The translations under genes were made by a program, and so were the position numbers. Under the pieces are notes generated by a model. That model had not been told where the DNA came from and did not search any database. It was given only the letters and a program-made list of their open reading frames with translations. DNA of 63,386 bases, counting the filler, from Collodictyon triciliatum (taxonomy: Eukaryota), in NCBI GenBank assembly GCA_043381765.1. It is 5 parts of 5 records of this genome, joined end to end, with 100 filler letters (N's around TTAATTAATTAA, not from the genome) between each part and the next. Parts side by side here need not be neighbours in the genome. Positions count along the whole stretch, not along the records: positions 60,847 to 63,386 come from JBHJMP010000154.1; 4 more parts are not named here. One strand, given 5' to 3'. Numbering within the stretch: position 1 is the first letter of the stretch; every line of letters begins with the position of its first letter. Shown piece after piece: positions 60,803 to 63,386 of this stretch.

Positions 60803-60887
60803 NNNNNNNNNNNNNNNNNNNNNNNNNNNNNNNNNNNNNNNNNNNNAGGAAAGTATTGTGCTGATTATGGATTATCCTCTCCCACAG

Positions 60888-60921
60888 GACTATGTGAAAA
60901 TGGTTTGGCTATTGATATTAC

Positions 60922-60979
<58 letters not shown>

Positions 60980-61846
60980 CTATTATACAATCAATTTAAC
61001 GGAAAAAAAAAACTCTTTTCTACTTCCGCGTTACTCTTCTCTATGTTCGTTTCTGATAGTTTCTCATTGATTGCCCCCCATCCTCTCATTATTGGTTACC
61101 GTAATATGACAATATTCATCGAATTCTTCTAGGTTATTTCTGTCTCGCGGGTTCCACTACACCGAGACCAATCAACGGCATCGCTGGAAATATGTGCCCC
61201 ATGGGAGCCTTTTGCCCAGCTGGGTCTACATCTCCGTCTAATTGCCCTATAGGTTTGCTTAGCTTATTAGTGTAGTACCCAAAACTCCTAATTCAAAATG
61301 GTGACATTTTTATCGACTAAATATAGTAGATAAAAGTATCAAATAGATATTGAACAGAGGATATCTAGTGCATTTTAATTCATTAATTCGATAATTCTAG
61401 GAACCTTTTCTTCTTTCCTTGGACTAGGTGATGTATCCGAGTGCTCTAACTGTACGGCTGGGTATTACTGCGCTACAGAGGGACTGAGCCGACCAACAGG
61501 ACAGTGTGCCACTGGGTTTTACTGTCCTCCAGGCCAGTCGGTATCAACCCCTTCATCATATGTATGTCCTACAAATCATTACTGCCCGCTTGGGTCGCCA
61601 TTTCCGAAACAATGCGAGGCAGGAAGCTATGGCACAGCTGAGGGAAAGGTTTATTCCGTCTTTTTTCTTTTGACTTTTCTGACTTTTCTTTTGTCTTTTC
61701 GTTTTTCATTTTCTTTTGTCTTTTCTTTTGTCTTTTCTTTTGTCTTTTCTTTTGTCTTTTCTTTTGTCTTTTCTTTTCTTCGTCTTTTCTTTTCTTCGTC
61801 TTTTCTGTTTTTCTTTTATATATTCATCTATAAACCCGAAGGGGAT

Positions 61847-61895
<49 letters not shown>

Positions 61896-63386
61896 NNNNN
61901 NNNNNNNNNNNNNNNNNNNNNNNNNNNNNNNNNNNNNNNNNNNNNNNNNNNNNNNNNNNNNNNNNNNNNNNNNNNNNNNNNNNNNNNNNNNNNNNTGTTT
62001 TTCTTTTATATATATTCATCTATAAACCCGAAGGGGATGTTTTTTTTTTTTTTGAAAGACTTGTCAATATACTAGCTAGATTCATGAAACCTCAAACCTC
62101 ACCGCCAATTTTCGTGCAATTCTTAGAGCACATGCGAAAAGTGCCCTACTGGCTTCTATTGCGATGTCCCGGGTGGAGCACCGAAACAAGTCTGTCCGGT
62201 TGGAGCATTTTGCCCTTTGGGCTCAGCAGCGCCGACGCCATGTCCAGCTGGGACATTTAGTAACAAGACAGGAATCTCTAGTGCAAATGAGTGCGAACTG
62301 TGTTCATCAGGCTTCGTATGTACTTCTATGGGACTAACAAAGCCGAACGGGTTATGCCAAGCTGGATACTATTGCAGTAAAGGGTCTATTGATGGACGGG
62401 AACAGGCGTACACAGGAGGGTTGAGTGAAATTTGCCCGGAAGGTTCGCATATTTCACCCAAATCAAAGCATACTCTATCATTCTATTCTTCAATCAGCTA
62501 TTTTAAACCAAAGCTACCCATTCGCTGTAGGTCATTACTGCCCCCAGTCAAGTCCTGCGCCGGTGCCATGCCCTCCGGGAACTATAGGGACAGAAAGAGG
62601 GTTCTCAATTACCCAACAATGCCGACCTTGCACACCCGGAAGCTATTGCTCGAGTTCTGGCCTTACGCAACCAACAGGTACGATTTGAGCTTCTTTTTTT
62701 ATTTTAATTTTTGCATCGATTGCTATTGAAAAGTCAACCATATCTACGTATGCTAATATTTCGTAGGTTTATGTGCTGCTGGATACTTTTGTGCATCCGG
62801 AGCAACAATACCCCAGCCTGAAACACTATCTAGTAACAGGCAAGTTTCTCATTCACTAGACACCGAGGGGAAAATGACCAACAATTTCTTTTACTTCAAA
62901 TACAGCCTCCTTCCAAATTCTGGCCTCCTCTAACTAGATTATATTTCTCTTATAAACTCAGCAAATATTTTGCCTCATCAAAATAACTTTCTGCAAGTAT
63001 GATTCGAGCTAACAGAATCCAAATTTAAGCTCAATTAGCGGTCCTTGTCCTGCAGGAAATTACTGCCCTGAAGGAAGTCCTCATCCAGTCCCTTGCCCGG
63101 CTGGGTCATATACACCATCAACGAAATCAACAGTTTGTCTACTATGTCCTCCTGGGTTCTATTGTCACATAGAAACAGATGACCCTTCAGATCATCTTTG
63201 TCCTGCAGGATATTATTGCCCAGCAGGAACAGCATCATCAACGCAGTACCCATGTCCAGCAGGAACTTATAACCCATATCAAAAACAAACCCAGTGTTAC
63301 TCATGTTCTCCGGGGCGATACTGCGCATCCTCTTCAACATCTTCCGTAACAGGATTGTGTAAAGCTGGATATTATTGCACGTACAA
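60888..63386 (+). CDS. Cysteine-rich repeat protein (GCC2_GCC3/ephrin-receptor-like repeats), internal fragment
   Basis: Repeated CPxGxYCP, CPAGT[YF] and C..C.PG.YC units across several exons; open at both ends. Confidence 0.85.

Noticed and set aside
61806-62053. A direct repeat of about 45 bp on both sides of the gap at 61896-61995
   Set aside because: Overlapping contig ends around a poly-T run; an assembly artefact.

Overview
This is eukaryotic, AT-rich, intron-dense draft DNA using the standard code; the lineage cannot be fixed from the sequence (protist or early-diverging-fungus-like by inference). The window is five separate pieces joined by artificial N44-TTAATTAATTAA-N44 linkers (19275, 28056, 48347, 60791), plus eight plain 100-N gaps at simple repeats. 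I spliced the gene models by hand. They are: a Pho80/PCL-type cyclin, PEX3, a CRIB-containing STE20 kinase ending in a CaaX box, histone H2B, PWP2, a probable TMEM208/SND2 last exon, a NEK kinase, a class I methyltransferase-like gene, an HMG-box gene hidden by a 43-nt intron, a P2C-type ATPase with altered ion sites, an NTF2/SnoaL-like gene, TRMT2A/Trm2, two tail-to-tail heme peroxidase-DOMON-cytochrome b561 fusion genes, a claudin-like fragment and a Cys-rich repeat protein. Highlights are: (1) the peroxidase-DOMON-b561 fusion pair; (2) a family of 14-42 bp poly(A)-tailed, TSD-flanked insertions in introns; (3) a U12-type AT-AC intron in the NEK gene; (4) the CRIB-kinase-CaaX architecture; (5) the P2C ATPase substitutions. 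Family assignments come from recalled motifs, not database searches.
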